Positions 47,801 to 61,338 of a DNA stretch of 64,000 bases are shown here, piece after piece (position 1 is the stretch's first letter; the number at the start of each line of letters is the position of its first letter). The notes below the pieces were generated by a model. The model was not told the DNA's origin and did no database searches. It saw nothing but the letters and a program-made list of their open reading frames with translations. Position numbers and translations under genes: made by a program. The stretch is taken from assembly GCA_965153285.1 (NCBI GenBank), contig OZ229115.1; one strand, 5' to 3'. The stretch is from Podarcis tiliguerta. Its lineage: Eukaryota.

Positions 47801-50800
47801 GCCATTGGAATGAAATCACTCTTAAGTACGCCACTTGGTGGGGATGGCAAGCACATGGCTTGTCCAAGTTGTACAGCACATCCAAAAGTTTTGAAGCAGT
47901 CTTTGTTTGGCTGACACAACTATAACAGATGCAAGCTGTTATAATAACACATCAGGGACTATTAAGAGCTTTGTACCCATCACTAACAGTGCCAGACCAT
48001 TAAAATAGATAACAAAGCTATTGGAATCTAAGCTTGCCGGAATGATTATGAGGCAAGCAACTTTCTTTTTTCTCTTGCTTTCCTGGAGGTGTGTGGCTTC
48101 AACTGGCATTCTAATGGACAAGTTCATACTTTGCACCAGAATCAAGAAGTTCAGTTACCGTATTTTTCGCTCTACAAGACGCACCTGACCATAAGATGCG
48201 TCTAGTTTTTAGAGAAGGCTTCAGGGATAGTTGCGCAGCCTGCATTCACTCCATAAGACGCACACACATTCCCCCTTACTTTTTAGGAGGGAAAAGGTGC
48301 GTCTTATAGAGCGAAAAATACGGTATTTATCTTCCTCTTTTGCACTCTCCTTCAGATGCTATGCTGCACAGCCTTTCCAAACCTGGGGGTCTCCAGGCTA
48401 CAACTTCGCCCGTTCCTGATCATTGGTCATGCTGGCTGGGGCGAATGGACAACAACTTGAAATTCCTGGGTAGACGAAGGCTGATGTTTTATGATAAACA
48501 GGATTAATTTTTGTAAATTAGATGCAGAAGATTGAAACGTGGGCTCATACTGCACCTATTCCAATTGTTTTCTTTGCAACGATGCTGTCACAGAGTTATC
48601 AAGACTCTTCGAGTAAAGTTGTTCTTAATAGCAGGCAACTATTATTCTGCCCACTTTCTCCAAGTCTAAGCCCTCCTTCTGCACTTGCCTATGCCTCCTG
48701 CTCAGCTATTGCCAGTCCTAGCCTGAAAACAGATGGTCTGACTTAAAGCCTTCTCCTTACACTTGCTGACCCTGAGGTTAATCTGGTAATAGCAGCAGAA
48801 CCTTAAGTGCTGGGCTGACTTATCACAGGTGGCTACCTAGGAATGGTGTTTGTAAGGGTCAACACTTTTGCTGCAGCTGCAGATCCAAAGAACTTCACAG
48901 GGTATTACTGGATGAAAGTGATTTGCAAGGAAACCCAAGGAAACATTTTATGCATGTCCTCCCCTTTTAAAGTGGTGGTTCAACACTTTAAATGATTACG
49001 ATTTCACAGTTGCTGAAATTGACAAACCTGATAGTATTAGTAAAAATGACAGGGGAGATGGAAGGGAAAGAAGCAAGCCACTTTTCTGACGTGTACTAGG
49101 CCCTGTTAATACATCCCTTGGTATGCTGACATTTTCTTAGTATCAGTTTTAGTGAGGGACTCATGGTGTGCTGGTATCGAATCTGTAGTCGGTTTTCTAT
49201 GCTGTTCCTTCAAACACTGAACCATAATCATGGCTTGGAAGGCTGTCTGAACTGAGCCACTGCACAGATAGCTAATCCCAAAAGAAGTTTCAGAAAGTGC
49301 AAGAGACCTCACTAAAATGTGGCTACTGGTTATGGTTCCCCTGCAACTGTTTTCTGAAGTGCACATGTGGCAAGCTGGTCATCTCTAGTATCAAACCATG
49401 TGATACAGGTGCCTCAATCTATTGGATTGGACACTACAGAAAAGCCTCATTGTGCAGCTGAGCATTACTAATGACCATATGGTTACATGAACAATGCTTT
49501 AAGAGACCACGAGTTAAATGATCATCTGTAACTACCCCAAGTCAAGGAAAATCTGGCCTGAATGTCCCTAAAGTTTAATATGAGAAAGCAAAGAGAGGTA
49601 TCTGAGCTTGTCAGGTTTCAGGAAGAAGCATGCTAAGAGAACAAGGAGAGAGCAGGATTGCAAAGGAAGGTCCACAGGGAAGCGGCAAGCCTGTGAAAGA
49701 AGAGATGCACATTCCTCAGTACCATCTGTCAACACTTATTTATAACAAGTAAATATACATCATGCACCTCAATAACCTGATCCAACCAAGGCACAAAAAG
49801 TGGACCAGCCAAGAGACTGGAGAGAGGACCTTGTATCTCTCTCTCTTCACCATCTGACTCCATCTGTCCCCTTGGAAGTTTCTTACACTGATCCGTTGGC
49901 TCAGAAAGTCCCAACAGAACCCACAAAACAGACATATTACAACAGAATTAGGTATCTAGGCAGCCTATGAAGTTGTCCAGATCCTTAAGGGTCAAACGTT
50001 GAGGTTCGGATTCAAAAGTAGCCTTCCCAAATTGTTCCTTCCGTCCTCACAAGGTGCTTGATCCAGAAGAGGAAGTGGGGAAGGAGCTTTTTGCTGTGTT
50101 CTCTCCCTCCCCACAACCCTTTCCCCCTGTTCCAGAGAGCCTTCAACCCTCCAGAGTCAATTTTAGGGAGATGCAAGGGGCTGCAGAAGGAAGGGGTGAG
50201 TAGGTGAATGCCACCTCCCACAACGTCCACTGGCGGGAGCTTTCCCTGAGTGGAGTTCTGCTGAGGAGATGCTAACACTGGAGGTAGCAATGCTGGGAAC
50301 CAAGACTGAACCAGAACTGTATAAAAGCAGATACGGGCCATGCTTGGCCCATGGCATGCATCTGAGAAGTAACTTGTCAGCCCTCCTCTTCCCTCCATCA
50401 TTCCTCCTGCAGTATGTAGTAAATGCGAAGTATGGACATCAAGTACACTTTGCTGTGCAGCAAAAAAAGAAAAGAAAAAGAAAAAGCAAGCACCTTTTGG
50501 GTCAACCTGCATAGTCGATAGTGTGTCTGCCGGTGCTATAAAGGGCAGAATAGACTGCAGCAAATTTTATTATTCAAAAAAACAATTAAGTGAAATAAAT
50601 TCAGCATTGTACCCACAAAACCCCAACCCCACCTAAGGGTTAGCATCTCAAGTTGTAAGATTCTTTCCTGACCAGAGTCCAATTAAACCGGAGTTTGCCC
50701 ATTTGGGTGAAAAGAGCAAAGATGGAAGGTGGGAGCAGGTGAGCACATGAAGTACGTGATATGAGGATGTTCACTTCTGAAGCCATAACTAGATGTTGGA

Positions 50801-53800
50801 AGGTGGGATTCCCCCCCCCCCACCCCCCATCCAGACACATGTAAACACACTAATGTAAAATGCATTATCGCTAATGGTGAGGAAGAAAAGGATTGGGAGG
50901 AATGGAAGTGCTCCTAGCTCTTCAGGCTCCCAGAGGCTGCTTTTATGATGTTTTGCTCGCTAACTTCATAAAGTAGCAAAGCTATTGTTTGGCACTGGAC
51001 AGGGTAGGAAATGCTCTGCCCAGGTTTTACCTGTGGACCTGGACCCATGGGCCCCATTCCTCGTGGAGGATTCATCCGTTGCATCGGCCCTCCCATGTTG
51101 GGATGCCCTAGCGAGAGAAGAGAGACAGGAAGATGTTACTTTATTACTGGAGAGTAATGCACTTGGTGGAAGGATAGGCCAAGGGGAAAGAACACTTGCA
51201 GACAAGCCGAATCACATTTACCTTGTTGTCGTGTGGGGTCCATTGAGTTGGGCAGCAAGGGCTGTGTACCAGGAACACCCCCTGGAGGCTAGGGGGGAAA
51301 GGAAACAAATTTGAGGAAATCAAATACACAGTACAATTATCAATATTGCTTTGCTTCATTTGCTGCTGCAATTAGAAAAACCAGTCATGGGCTGAAGGCC
51401 TTTTTGGCTCAGCTGCTTTTATATCTATACCCAAAAGCATTAGACTTCAAGGAAATCCACTTCTTTTTGTAATGAAAACTTGGAATCCAGGGAAGATGGC
51501 TTATCAGGTGGGTGGGTGGGGGGTGATACTCTCCTTATCCTCCCTGCAGATGCCCACATGCACATATCCCTCATGAATCTATCCTATATCTTCATTTTTT
51601 AAAAAGCTGTCATCCATATGCAGCCTGAGTCTCACAGTGAAGGTCCTTGAATGAAATGCTACTGATGCCAGTGCAATTTTAAGGTATACATTTGGGAAAT
51701 GCACTGCGTTAAAGAAAGTTATCTGTTTGCCAACACAGATGACATTTCATCAACAAGGGTGATAGCGTTTCCCCTTCCTTCCTTACTTAACAGAAGTGAA
51801 CAGATTATGATGATGCCATTTGTATTTAAAATACGTCAACACGTTTTGCAGAAATGGTAACATTCCTTTTTTCTTGGGCAACAAATCCTTTCAACTTCAT
51901 AATGTGCCTTCCATATTTTGATAAAGCCGGAGAGAAAAGACAGATATCGTCTCTCTCTCTCTCTAGCTATAAGCAAGTTTGCGATTTGGACATATTCTTT
52001 AAAAAAAAATTTTTAAAAAAATAGTCCAGATCCCTCTTAACATCACTACTTAATAGAAGTTGTTGGCTGTAACTTAGATAGAGAACTGGTATTCCAAAAT
52101 GGATATATTGATATAAAACTTAGAAATATGTGATGCATAAAAGGTGCCGTGAAACTCCTGCATAGCTTTATGGGTCCCTTAAGGAGCTAGGCACAGTTCA
52201 AACAAAATGGACAGAGGACCTCTGCAACTGAGGATAGGTGAGATCCAACACAGCAAAGAACATGGTAACTCTCTGCTCCAGTTTTGGCAAGTCCACTTAC
52301 AAAGCCATAAGTGAGTGTGATGGCACTGGATGTACATTTTTTAAACAACAACAACCACAACACGTACACCACAAATATTTTTTTAAAAAATTTAATCCTG
52401 CACACAGTTGTAAAAAGGAATTTAAACTGCATACAAGATTCCTTATTATTGTTATTGTTTTGGAAATGTGCAGGTGGTTAGTGTATATGGAGGACAAAGC
52501 TTTCAAGGGCTACCTAGTCTTGATGGCTTTATGCTACCTCCAGGAATGGAGGCACAATGCCTCTGAATTCTAGTTGCTGGGAAACCGCAGCAGGAGGGAG
52601 TGTTTCTGCCCTCATGTCCTCCTTGTGGGTTTCCCCAAGAGGCATCTCTAGTTGGCTGCTGTGGGAAACAGGATGCTGAAACTAGATAAGCCTTTGGTCT
52701 AATCCAACAGAGTTCTTGTTATGTTCTAGCTTCCTGCAGCAATTCCAAAGAGGAGTTTAATGTGATCATTGGTCAAGAAAGGCCAGAAAAGCATGACACT
52801 CAATAGGATGGTGGATTTAAAAAAAAAATTTTTTTTGAGAGTCATTAAATCTTCTGTGCACATCTTACAATCCAGTTTGCATGAACTCCACTTACAAACG
52901 ACAAGCTGGCTGCAGACAGGACATCCTTCTGCCCTCAAGCTCCCACTATTTACTACATATATGCATTTATTATCTCAGATCATCTGAGAGCTTTACAATC
53001 CCCCCTTTAAGAAATGAGGTGTGTGTTTGTCTGTGCGTGGTAACTCATTGCAACCCCAGTGTTAAAAGTACATGAATGAAAGAATGAACATCTTAAGCCT
53101 CAACCGTGCTTTAGCTGCGAATACTGAAGAAATACAATACCTGATTTCCCATTCTGATTGGGGGCCGGGGACCTCCTGCGTATCTTGGTGACATAAAAGG
53201 CTGTAAGCATATAAAATTAGTTCAGTGGCAATGAACGCTCAAAAGTGGAAGTAAACATTATAACCACTTCCTTCACAACTGCTCTTTAAAATACCAAAAT
53301 TGATTGTATTTCCCTTATTCTACACACGTACACACAAACTCCCCAAACCGAGCATTTGATTAGCAGAACATTTCTGAGGTGAATTCCAGGCCAAATGAAT
53401 GAAAGATTTAATATACTGCATTCCATTCAACTTGTAATTAGACTTGACACATATACACACAGAAGCATTTTTTTAAAAAAAAAAACAAAACCCCAAAAAC
53501 CCTGCTGATAAGAAATATTTAGACTCTCAAGTCTTTGACATTTGTTGTGCTTTACTGTATTTATTTGTTTAAGGTTAGGATGGTTTAATAATTTTTGACA
53601 AGAATTAAAATTAGCACAAATGAAAGTACCAAGCGAATATTAAGATACTTTTTAAACAGATTGGTAAATGAAAGTGCGGTTTGGGGAAGAGAAGAGTTTA
53701 AAACATTTCAATGACAAGTAGTGAAAACAAGCACTTAAACCGTACAATGATTGTCTTAATGCTGTTCGGGGTTGGGGGAGTGGAGGATTAAAAAAAATGA

Positions 53801-54167
53801 TATTTGTATGTAAATTAGCATGTCTGAAAATCGAAAGCTACTTTGTAATCTGATGTCAATGGAACAAATGCAGCCAAGAGGAACAGACTTCCTAGCGGAG
53901 GTGAGATGAGGTGGAATGAAAACGATTTTGGGATCCCGGGATCTTGAGTGGATGTAAATTCACAACGCTCCGCAAACTACCCTGGAGCTGCTCGCTGGTT
54001 AAGTTAGCGGAAGGGTGTGGCTCCCACATGCTTTGAGAGTTCACACAGAACACACATATCACAGCAGTGCCCTGCGATGTCTTTACCTGACTGTGGGGTC
54101 CCATCATGCTGTTGGGGTTGTGAGGTGGAGGCTGTGCGTGTGGCGAGGGCTGAGAGCCAGGCGGTCC
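35845..54167 (-). CDS. SSBP3: Single-stranded DNA-binding protein 3 (SSDP1), 3' part: 13 exons, 266 aa plus stop; the LUFS/LisH N-terminus lies outside the window
   Basis: The spliced product runs [34 protein letters not shown]…[19 protein letters not shown]. All introns are GT-AG and the 801 nt stay in frame. Position next to MRPL37 matches human synteny. Confidence 0.97.
37454..37555 (-). CDS. SSBP3: SSBP3 exon [34 protein letters not shown]
   Basis: ctgcag| … AAT|GTGAGT; 102 nt. Confidence 0.95.
37953..37981 (-). CDS. SSBP3: SSBP3 microexon [10 protein letters not shown]
   Basis: cgcaag| … AAA|GTAAGT; 29 nt. Confidence 0.93.
39348..39426 (-). CDS. SSBP3: SSBP3 exon [26 protein letters not shown]
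   Basis: tctcag| … TAG|GTAAGA; 79 nt. Confidence 0.95.
39430..39475. repeat. (GAAA)n microsatellite
   Basis: About 11 tandem GAAA units abutting an SSBP3 splice acceptor. Confidence 0.95.
39520..39620. repeat. AT-rich degenerate tandem repeat
   Basis: An atacaatatattatattgtat…tatattat unit repeated about 2.5 times. Confidence 0.8.
41242..41312 (-). CDS. SSBP3: SSBP3 exon [24 protein letters not shown]
   Basis: ctacag| … AAT|GTAAGT; 71 nt. Confidence 0.95.
41813..41857. repeat. (GA)n microsatellite
   Basis: Uninterrupted GA run. Confidence 0.95.
43024..43078 (-). CDS. SSBP3: SSBP3 exon [18 protein letters not shown]
   Basis: caacag| … CAG|GTAAGG; 55 nt. Confidence 0.95.
43901..43936 (-). 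CDS. SSBP3: SSBP3 exon [12 protein letters not shown]
   Basis: ttgcag| … GTG|GTAGGT; 36 nt. Confidence 0.95.
44240..44329. mobile_element. 90-bp MITE, copy 2
   Basis: TIRs catagctgtcaac / gttgacagctata, with ctgggaagg on both sides (44231-44239 and 44330-44338). Confidence 0.88.
45674..45722 (-). CDS. SSBP3: SSBP3 exon [16 protein letters not shown]
   Basis: ctccag| … TCA|GTAAGT; 49 nt. Confidence 0.95.
45846..45910 (-). CDS. SSBP3: SSBP3 exon [22 protein letters not shown]
   Basis: ttgcag| … AT|GTAAGG; 65 nt. Confidence 0.95.
48158..48323. mobile_element. Tc1/mariner-type MITE
   Basis: TA|ccgtatttttcgctctacaagacgcacct … aggtgcgtcttatagagcgaaaaatacgg|TA; TIRs of about 29 bp. Confidence 0.88.
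51031..51107 (-). CDS. SSBP3: SSBP3 exon [26 protein letters not shown]
   Basis: cgctag| … CAG|GTAAAA; 77 nt. Confidence 0.95.
51222..51288 (-). CDS. SSBP3: SSBP3 exon [22 protein letters not shown]
   Basis: ccctag| … AAG|GTAAAT; 67 nt. Confidence 0.95.
52480..52725 (+). mobile_element. Old LINE 3' tail fragment (relatives near 13730-13950, 18265-18430, 25690-26160)
   Basis: Shared motifs atggaggacaaagc…tgatggct…tgcctctgaa…agttgctggg…aacaggatgctg…ttcttgttatgttct recur across these loci. Confidence 0.55.
53141..53200 (-). CDS. SSBP3: SSBP3 exon [20 protein letters not shown]
   Basis: ttacag| … CAG|GTATTG; 60 nt. Confidence 0.95.
54087..54167 (-). CDS. SSBP3: SSBP3 exon [27 protein letters not shown]
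   Basis: cacag| … CAG|GTAAAG; 81 nt. Confidence 0.95.
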
Positions 54168-55657
54168 CTGTGAGGTTAGATAGCAGAAGGTGGTTATAGG
54201 TCAGGCACATGAATGTGCAGGAAAAGAGCTGGCTTAACAGGAGAAGCTGGCGAATCTTCACAGGGAATGAATATTTTGTTTCTGAACATCGCAAACTTCC
54301 AAAAGAAAAAGAAATTGGGGGGCGGGGGGGGGAGAATGCGGGCAAAGAACCAATAACTGTCAAAGCACATCAAATGAGCTGTTAATTCTGAGTGAGCGAC
54401 ACAGCTTGTGCCCTCTGACATTTGTGATGGGATCGCTAGTGAGTCCAACGCTGGAATTGCTGCTCGGTGCTGGAACTTTACTGCTGTGCGGACAGACTAA
54501 AATAGGTGCAATGTGTGGCGGCACATAACCTGCGAGCAAACATTTTCATTGCCGAACCTTAATAAATGCAAACTGTGATCTCAATTAACACAGAAAAAGT
54601 CTCCAAAATATCTGGAGTGGGGGTGGGGAAAAACCTGCCCCGTCTAGTCTCACACTGGAAATTGCACACATGGCACCGCAGAAACGCAACATGTCCGCCA
54701 ACTGTGCCCTGGCATCTGCCCGTGTTCAGGCACGCATTATTCAAATTATGTAATTCAGCAGATTTGGGTAAACAAAAAACCACGCAAAACAAAACAAAAT
54801 TCAAATCTGCGTTGGCTGTATGGATCATGATATGGGTCTGGGCAATACAACTTATGCAAGCTGAACAAAAAGCACCCCCAGGTGTACTGCACTGTACTGT
54901 TTCAGTCTTTGCACTATTAAATGCATCTGGATAAGTGCTTGAAGAAGACATACAAAACTAGCTCACCCACAATATATTCCTATTAGATTAGCAATAGTAC
55001 TTTTCTGTGTTTTCATTTGCCACTTGGGTTAAGAATTTAGAACAAGAGAAAGTTAACAAGAAGGTTTATGATGATGATACTAATAGAAATAAAAATGCTT
55101 AATAACATGTTTCCATGCTTTACCTAGACTTCCAATTCTAGGAAGTTTGTAGCAGCAGCAATAACTTATCATTTCTACACACAAGACTATAGTGTCACAT
55201 TTTTGAGACCAGAACTGTGGTCCTTCACCAAGATTAACTATCTATTGAGGTAACAATTAATCTTGCATGCAGATATGATTTTACCTTGGGGGGGGGGGGG
55301 CTTATATGCGCCTGAGAAGAAAAAGATTCATTTGTATAGTTTCAACCCTGCAATGCAGTGCTGTAGGATTAAACATCATTTTAATTCCCTCCATTCCTGG
55401 AATCCCGGAAAACAAGTTTATTTCAAAAAAAGTGTGTTCTTGAACATGAATAACCAAATTCGCACTATGATGTACACATGTTCCCTGTGTAATTTTTTCT
55501 CTCTCAAACAAACACAAAATTGTAATTGGTCTGGAAAGCAAACAAGACTTGTAAGTACATTATGAGAATCAGCTACACACTTCAGGAAAAGCAGAGGAAC
55601 AGATGTTCTATACCTGCCATGTTAGTAATTTCAACAAGTGTTCGCCTTCTAGCTGCT

Positions 55658-55853
55658 NNNNNNNNNNNNNNNNNNNNNNNNNNNNNNNNNNNNNNNNNNN
55701 NNNNNNNNNNNNNNNNNNNNNNNNNNNNNNNNNNNNNNNNNNNNNNNNNNNNNNNNNNNNNNNNNNNNNNNNNNNNNNNNNNNNNNNNNNNNNNNNNNNN
55801 NNNNNNNNNNNNNNNNNNNNNNNNNNNNNNNNNNNNNNNNNNNNNNNNNNNNN
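55658..55853. other. Assembly gap (196 N)
   Basis: Run of N characters. Confidence 1.
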
Positions 55854-56274
55854 GAGGGGAAGTTAATGAAGGCAGGACATATTTGCACCTGCAAATCTTT
55901 TGTACCAGGGAAACTTGAGTGCAATGTAAATAAAAGAGGGGGAGAAATTGTTAAAGAGTTAACACGGAAAGATGCAAACAGAGCTCTAAACAGAAGCAGA
56001 CACTCTGCTGATCCTCCAGGTTATGTTTACGGGATCGTAGAAACTGATTTTCCTTTGCATTAATAAGATCCATTGTACATAGGGTGCTTATATTTGCTCA
56101 TTAACTCCTTTAACTGAGAATTAAGGGTTGCTTCTCACAGGTTATTTTTTTTCTCTAGTACTGATATCTATAAACAAAATACATGAATATAGTGTTCGGT
56201 ATGATGTTTCAAATGTAGCTTTCCCCCCATTTCAAATACTTAAAAGCACAGAATTAGACCCCCGATATCAAGTA

Positions 56275-56492
56275 CAGTGGTACCTTGGGTTAAGTACTTA
56301 ATTTGTTCCGGAGGTCTGTACTTAACCTGAAACTGTTCTTAACCTGAAGCACCACTTAAGCTAATGGGGGCCTCCTGCTGCTGCTGCGCCGCCGGAGCAC
56401 GATTTCTGTTCTCATCCTGAAGCAAAGTTCTTAACTCGAGGTACTATTTCTGGGGTAGTGGAGTAACCTGAAGCGTATGTAACCCGAGGTAC
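56275..56492. mobile_element. Tc1/mariner (Tigger-like) MITE, copy 2 (right TIR clipped)
   Basis: TA|cagtggtaccttgggtta…taacccgaggtac; aligns end to end with 32518-32743. Confidence 0.85.
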
Positions 56493-57595
56493 ATATTTTG
56501 AAATGCATGTGAAGCGTTTGCACCTAACAAAATCAACTTTTAAGACGCAATCACTGTGCAGCAAGGAGAATTTGTTCTCAGCACTAGCTTATCATGTGCT
56601 TTGACCCCTTCACAAAACCACATAAAGTCCTTGTGCCTCTTTTAGGTTCCAGAAAATCAAAAACAACTTTTTCAATTACACACAATTAATGGAAGGAGTT
56701 GTCAGGAGCATACTGCAAGTAATACAATTATTTTAAAGTCAACTGAAAATGGTCTCTGGGATGGTAAACACATAAAGATTGCACAATTTAAATTGGAACA
56801 GAAAAAGTCGGCTGCTATGTGGATGCCTCTGAGATGCTTTGATCAGAGCACTCTGTAACCTCTGTCTGTAAATGTGCTACCTTCATGTAAACACTTTATC
56901 TTCTCTAGACCAAAGAAACCCCCACTTTAAATGAAACTTCTACTGAGTAATTCTCTGTGTGAGGTGAAGCCCAACCCAACCCAACAAAATGGCAATGGGT
57001 AGGCAACTGTTGCTGCTATCAATGGTAGCTTGCTTTCAGCCGTTGAGACTGCCTAAGCCCTCTCTGATCGCCTCTAAGCAGTAGCTGCATATGAGTCCTA
57101 GAGCTTAACATTTTCACTCTGTCTGGAAGAACAATGTCAAGGTCTTCATGACTGCAGAATCCTAATGAAGCTTGGGTATGACTTTCATGGTAGAGGAGGA
57201 TGGGAAGCATCTTTTAGAACAGGAAAAGTCAGCACTGGGCTTATACGCAACAGCAACATAACACAACGTAGCCTAGAACCTGGGTTGGATTCATTCAAAT
57301 GCGTAACAATTGCTCCTTGTCCCAGATATATTAACATGTACCTCTGAAATGCCTTGCTTCATGACTCCCACATTTCTGTCAAACATGTCAATGGTAACCT
57401 CAAAAAGAAACTCTTATTTTAGGTCTATTAACATCATATTTGAAGTAGCTTTGACCAAGAAGCCATGTAGCTAATATGATCTACCTAAGTCTCCATGGAA
57501 CAAAAGAATTACCCCCATTTTATCAATCTAATTTATTTTATAGAATAGTTTATATGCAAGTTTATTTTATTCACATCTTTTACATTTTATTCACA

Positions 57596-57837
57596 GCAAC
57601 CTTTTTCAGCCATGGGCCGGTCCACCGTCCCTCAGACCATGTAGTGGGCCGGACTATATTTTTTTGGGGGGGGGAGAATGGATTCCTATGCCCCCAAAAT
57701 AACCCAGAGATGCATTTTAAATAAAAGCACACATTCTACTCATGTAAAAACAAGCTGATTCCTGGACCATCCGTGGGCCGGATTGAGAAGGTAATTGGGC
57801 CGCATCCGGCCCATGGGCCTTAGGTTGCCTACCCCTG
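57596..57837. mobile_element. hAT/Charlie-like MITE, left end eroded
   Basis: gcaacct … aggttgcctacccctg ends and repeated gggccg(g) subterminal motifs. Confidence 0.7.
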
Positions 57838-60800
57838 TCTTAATCCCACCTTTCTTACACTGAGCTCAGGGCAAAGTACATTCAGAGGAGAGGAGTCTGG
57901 TGCAAAGCTCACTGCAAAATGAATCTCTTTGGTTGAAGTCCAATGCTATCCATTACCCCATACTAGTTTCCCCTATAAGAAGTGTGAGAAGATGGAATAT
58001 TTTCTACTAAAGACATAACCTAAAAGATTATAGTCCTTTGCTTCACCCATGTCACCTAAAGAGATAACTTCTTTTTCTGACACACTGTAGTTTGCAAGCA
58101 GAAATAATCTGCTGTTAATTGAAAAGGGTAGTGAAAAGAAAACGACAAAACCATTATCTTTCCCAACTGTATCATTAGCCAAGTACTAAAGGAAATCCAG
58201 CAGTTCCAAATAAGAACCGTTTTTGGAAAGCTCAGAGCGACTACCCAACTATTCAACTACTTCACATACATTCATTAATGGCAACAATCAAGTAAATTGG
58301 TTTTTAAGATAAAATGTTCATAGGACTGGGGGGCAGGGAAGCACCTCAAGGAAGTTAAGAATACTTAATGCTGTTCCCACTACTTCATTGCAACTACAGA
58401 ACAGCAAGTAGTGACCTACAGGATTTACATTCTCATAGGTATTCACCAAACACAAGAATAAAAGTTCCATAGGAAACTTACGCCAATAATCCCTTTCAAA
58501 ACCTTCACCTCTGATCTTACAGAGCCAGCACTTGCCATACTGCTATAATGTAGAAGCTTCTTAGCCTTCAGTTATCAACCTCTCCTTACTTGAACTTATG
58601 AGCAAATTATTTTGTGGTTCTCCTATATTGAAATAATTAAAGGCTAAAACATAAATCTAAAATAACCTTGCCTAAATCAGAAATCCTGCCTCTCCACATA
58701 ATAAATGTTGAGAGATGAACCTCAGGATTTTAAGAAGCCAGTGCCAACCTTCATCAATTAAGTAGACATCACAGATTTACCATTGCTGAAGTGCCCACTA
58801 GTCTCCGTTAATGAACATGGCCAATACAAAATGAAGTATTTATTTCCTTATATTTATCCTGCCTTTCTTCCATCATGGAACGACATATTGATTCTATAGA
58901 GTAGTAACACAGATGTGTTATTTCTGCATTAATGCCTGCAGACATAATGAAAAACCTTTCTTGACCAGGAGTAAGTCACCGGATTATGCACTTTTTAAAT
59001 CCTTGTTAAGAGGACAGCCCCAATCACCATGTAACATTGATACCAAAGTAATGCTTAAAACTATGATCAAGGTGGGTAGGACAAATTTGTTTTAGACAGG
59101 AGGGATGGTAAGGCAAGGGACAAAGTGATTTCATGGGCTGTTCTTTATTTCTTTACCAGAGTTTAAGAGAGCCATTTATAGCTGAACCACCCCTAGGTGT
59201 CCCATTACTTGATGTCTATGCTACTAATAAGCATCCACATTGAGAGGTTTTTTTTGCAATTGCAGAAGTATGTATGGCAACCAAACTCCATTTGTAGCAA
59301 AATGTCATTTAGAAAATGGTTGAGAAGTTGCACTTTGCCAGTTTGGCCACTGTACATTTTTATGCACCGGTATTTCCAAATTAGCTAAAGAAAAGGACGA
59401 TTATAACAGAAATCGCAAACATTTTGGGCTTGGAGGCACAATTGGAAATCTAATAAAACATCCATTTTACAGAAGCCACTGGTGCTGCTCAGAACTCCCT
59501 CCACAAGAAACATGCAGAGAAACCCTATAACCTCCCCACAAAAAAACCCCAAGCCCCAGGCCCTTCTTTAAAAGCTGCTAACTAACCAAACCAAACGCAA
59601 TTTCTTTAAATTTTTGGGGTGCTTGGTGGCCTTGGAGGGGATTTGAGAATAACACCGTGTCCACAAGTGCAACCTAGGGACCCCAGAAGAATACCACGGA
59701 TAAACAGAGCAAGCCTAATAAAAATTCTGGAAAAGAGGAAAACACCCTGGCAAAAACCACTGTCTTTCTTTATGTCAGTAAGCTACAGAACGGTTAAGGC
59801 AGACCCACATGTCTTAAAAAGAAAAAAGCAACCAGACACCACTGTAAGATCAGCTGGTTGAAAAATTGCAGGAGATCTGGAGCTTGGATAAGATGTGTGG
59901 TTTTTAAACACAATCAATTACTTGGAAATGGTACAAATAACCAATGGATGAAATCTGCAGAATACTTTTTTAAATATTCAAAATATTGAAACTCATAGCA
60001 GATTGCGAAGCATATTAGGGAGGATCCCATAACACTGGGAACAGGCAATGGAACGGTACTTGAACGTCAAAGTTGGCAAGTATTATGTGACTTTTTCTGG
60101 AGGGCAGTGGGGAGGAGGATAATCTCATTCATTAGAGACAAGGGAAAGGAGTTTAATGTAGATAGGGACTTTTCCCACACAGCCACTCACTATTTCACAC
60201 TATTTGGCATTAGCCTCAAAGACAGTGGCAAGCCTCTGCTAATTATCACATGCATAGGAGTAGTGAATGGCAGAGCACCTTAACAGGTCAGTCAAGAAGT
60301 CCACGTTATGCCCAATTTCTTAAAATTGTCAAAGTGAAAAGATCCAAAACAGAACCCAAGCACCCCCTAGTTAAGAACCCCTGTTCTTAACTAAGAACCC
60401 CCTTTGTGCACCAACTGCACAATATAAATACTGATCTTTATCTAAACTTAGAACTGTTTTTCCACAGGATGCAAGGATGACCACTACCAAAAATGCTTCT
60501 TAAAGCGTTCCTCATAGAGGTCAGTTTTACTAGTCCCAGACAGACTGGGCTTCCTCACGAACAGGTTTTAGGGGCTGGCGACAAAAAAGCTCACCATCAA
60601 GCTCTGCCTGTGCATTTTCAAAGGCACCTGCCTAACCACAACTGCAAGGATGGGGAACCTGTGGCCCATTATGTTGTTGGACTACTGGCTCAGACTGGAA
60701 CACAACTTGTAGAAGGCTACATATTCTCCATCTCTGCGCTACTGAGAAGAGGATGAAGGATTAGATGGATTCTTGTGCTGCTTTTAAAAACATGGGTTGA

Positions 60801-61276
60801 TTAACATAGGAACAACGAGCACACCCATATTCTTATCCTTACAGAATCATAGAATTGGAGAGTTGGAAGGGAAGCTAAGGATCATCCAATGCAATGGAGG
60901 AATATGCAATTGTCCCATACGGGGACTGAACCTGCAATCTTGGCATTATCAGCAGCACACCACTCTCCCCGAAAAAATCCACAACCCCTTGAGTCGAAGC
61001 AAAAAGGAGATTTTGCCTTTCGTGGTGTATCTCCTTTCTGGAGCACCATCATTATACATAGCACTTTAGAGAGTTGCATAAGCAGGATGAGGAGGCAGCC
61101 CCTGTTCCAACAGACCTTACAATCTGAGAACAGTGGCATTCTGAAAGAGGTACATCGTCTTTCTAAGAAGCCTGGGAACTGTAAACACAGAACGGAGCTC
61201 CCTCCTTCTCAGGACTGATACAACGAAAGCTTAGAACTGGAATTTGAAACTAGGGAACCAACAAAACAGAGCCAAA

Positions 61277-61321
<45 letters not shown>

Positions 61322-61338
61322 AACAACAACAACAACAA
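61277..61338. repeat. Compound (CAT)n(AAC)n microsatellite
   Basis: About 15 CAT units followed by about 5 AAC units. Confidence 0.95.

Noticed and set aside
50012-50563. 183-aa intronic ORF
   Set aside because: Non-ATG start, crosses a low-complexity T tract, no homology recognised.
55526-55924. ORFs spanning X residues
   Set aside because: Artefact of the N gap.
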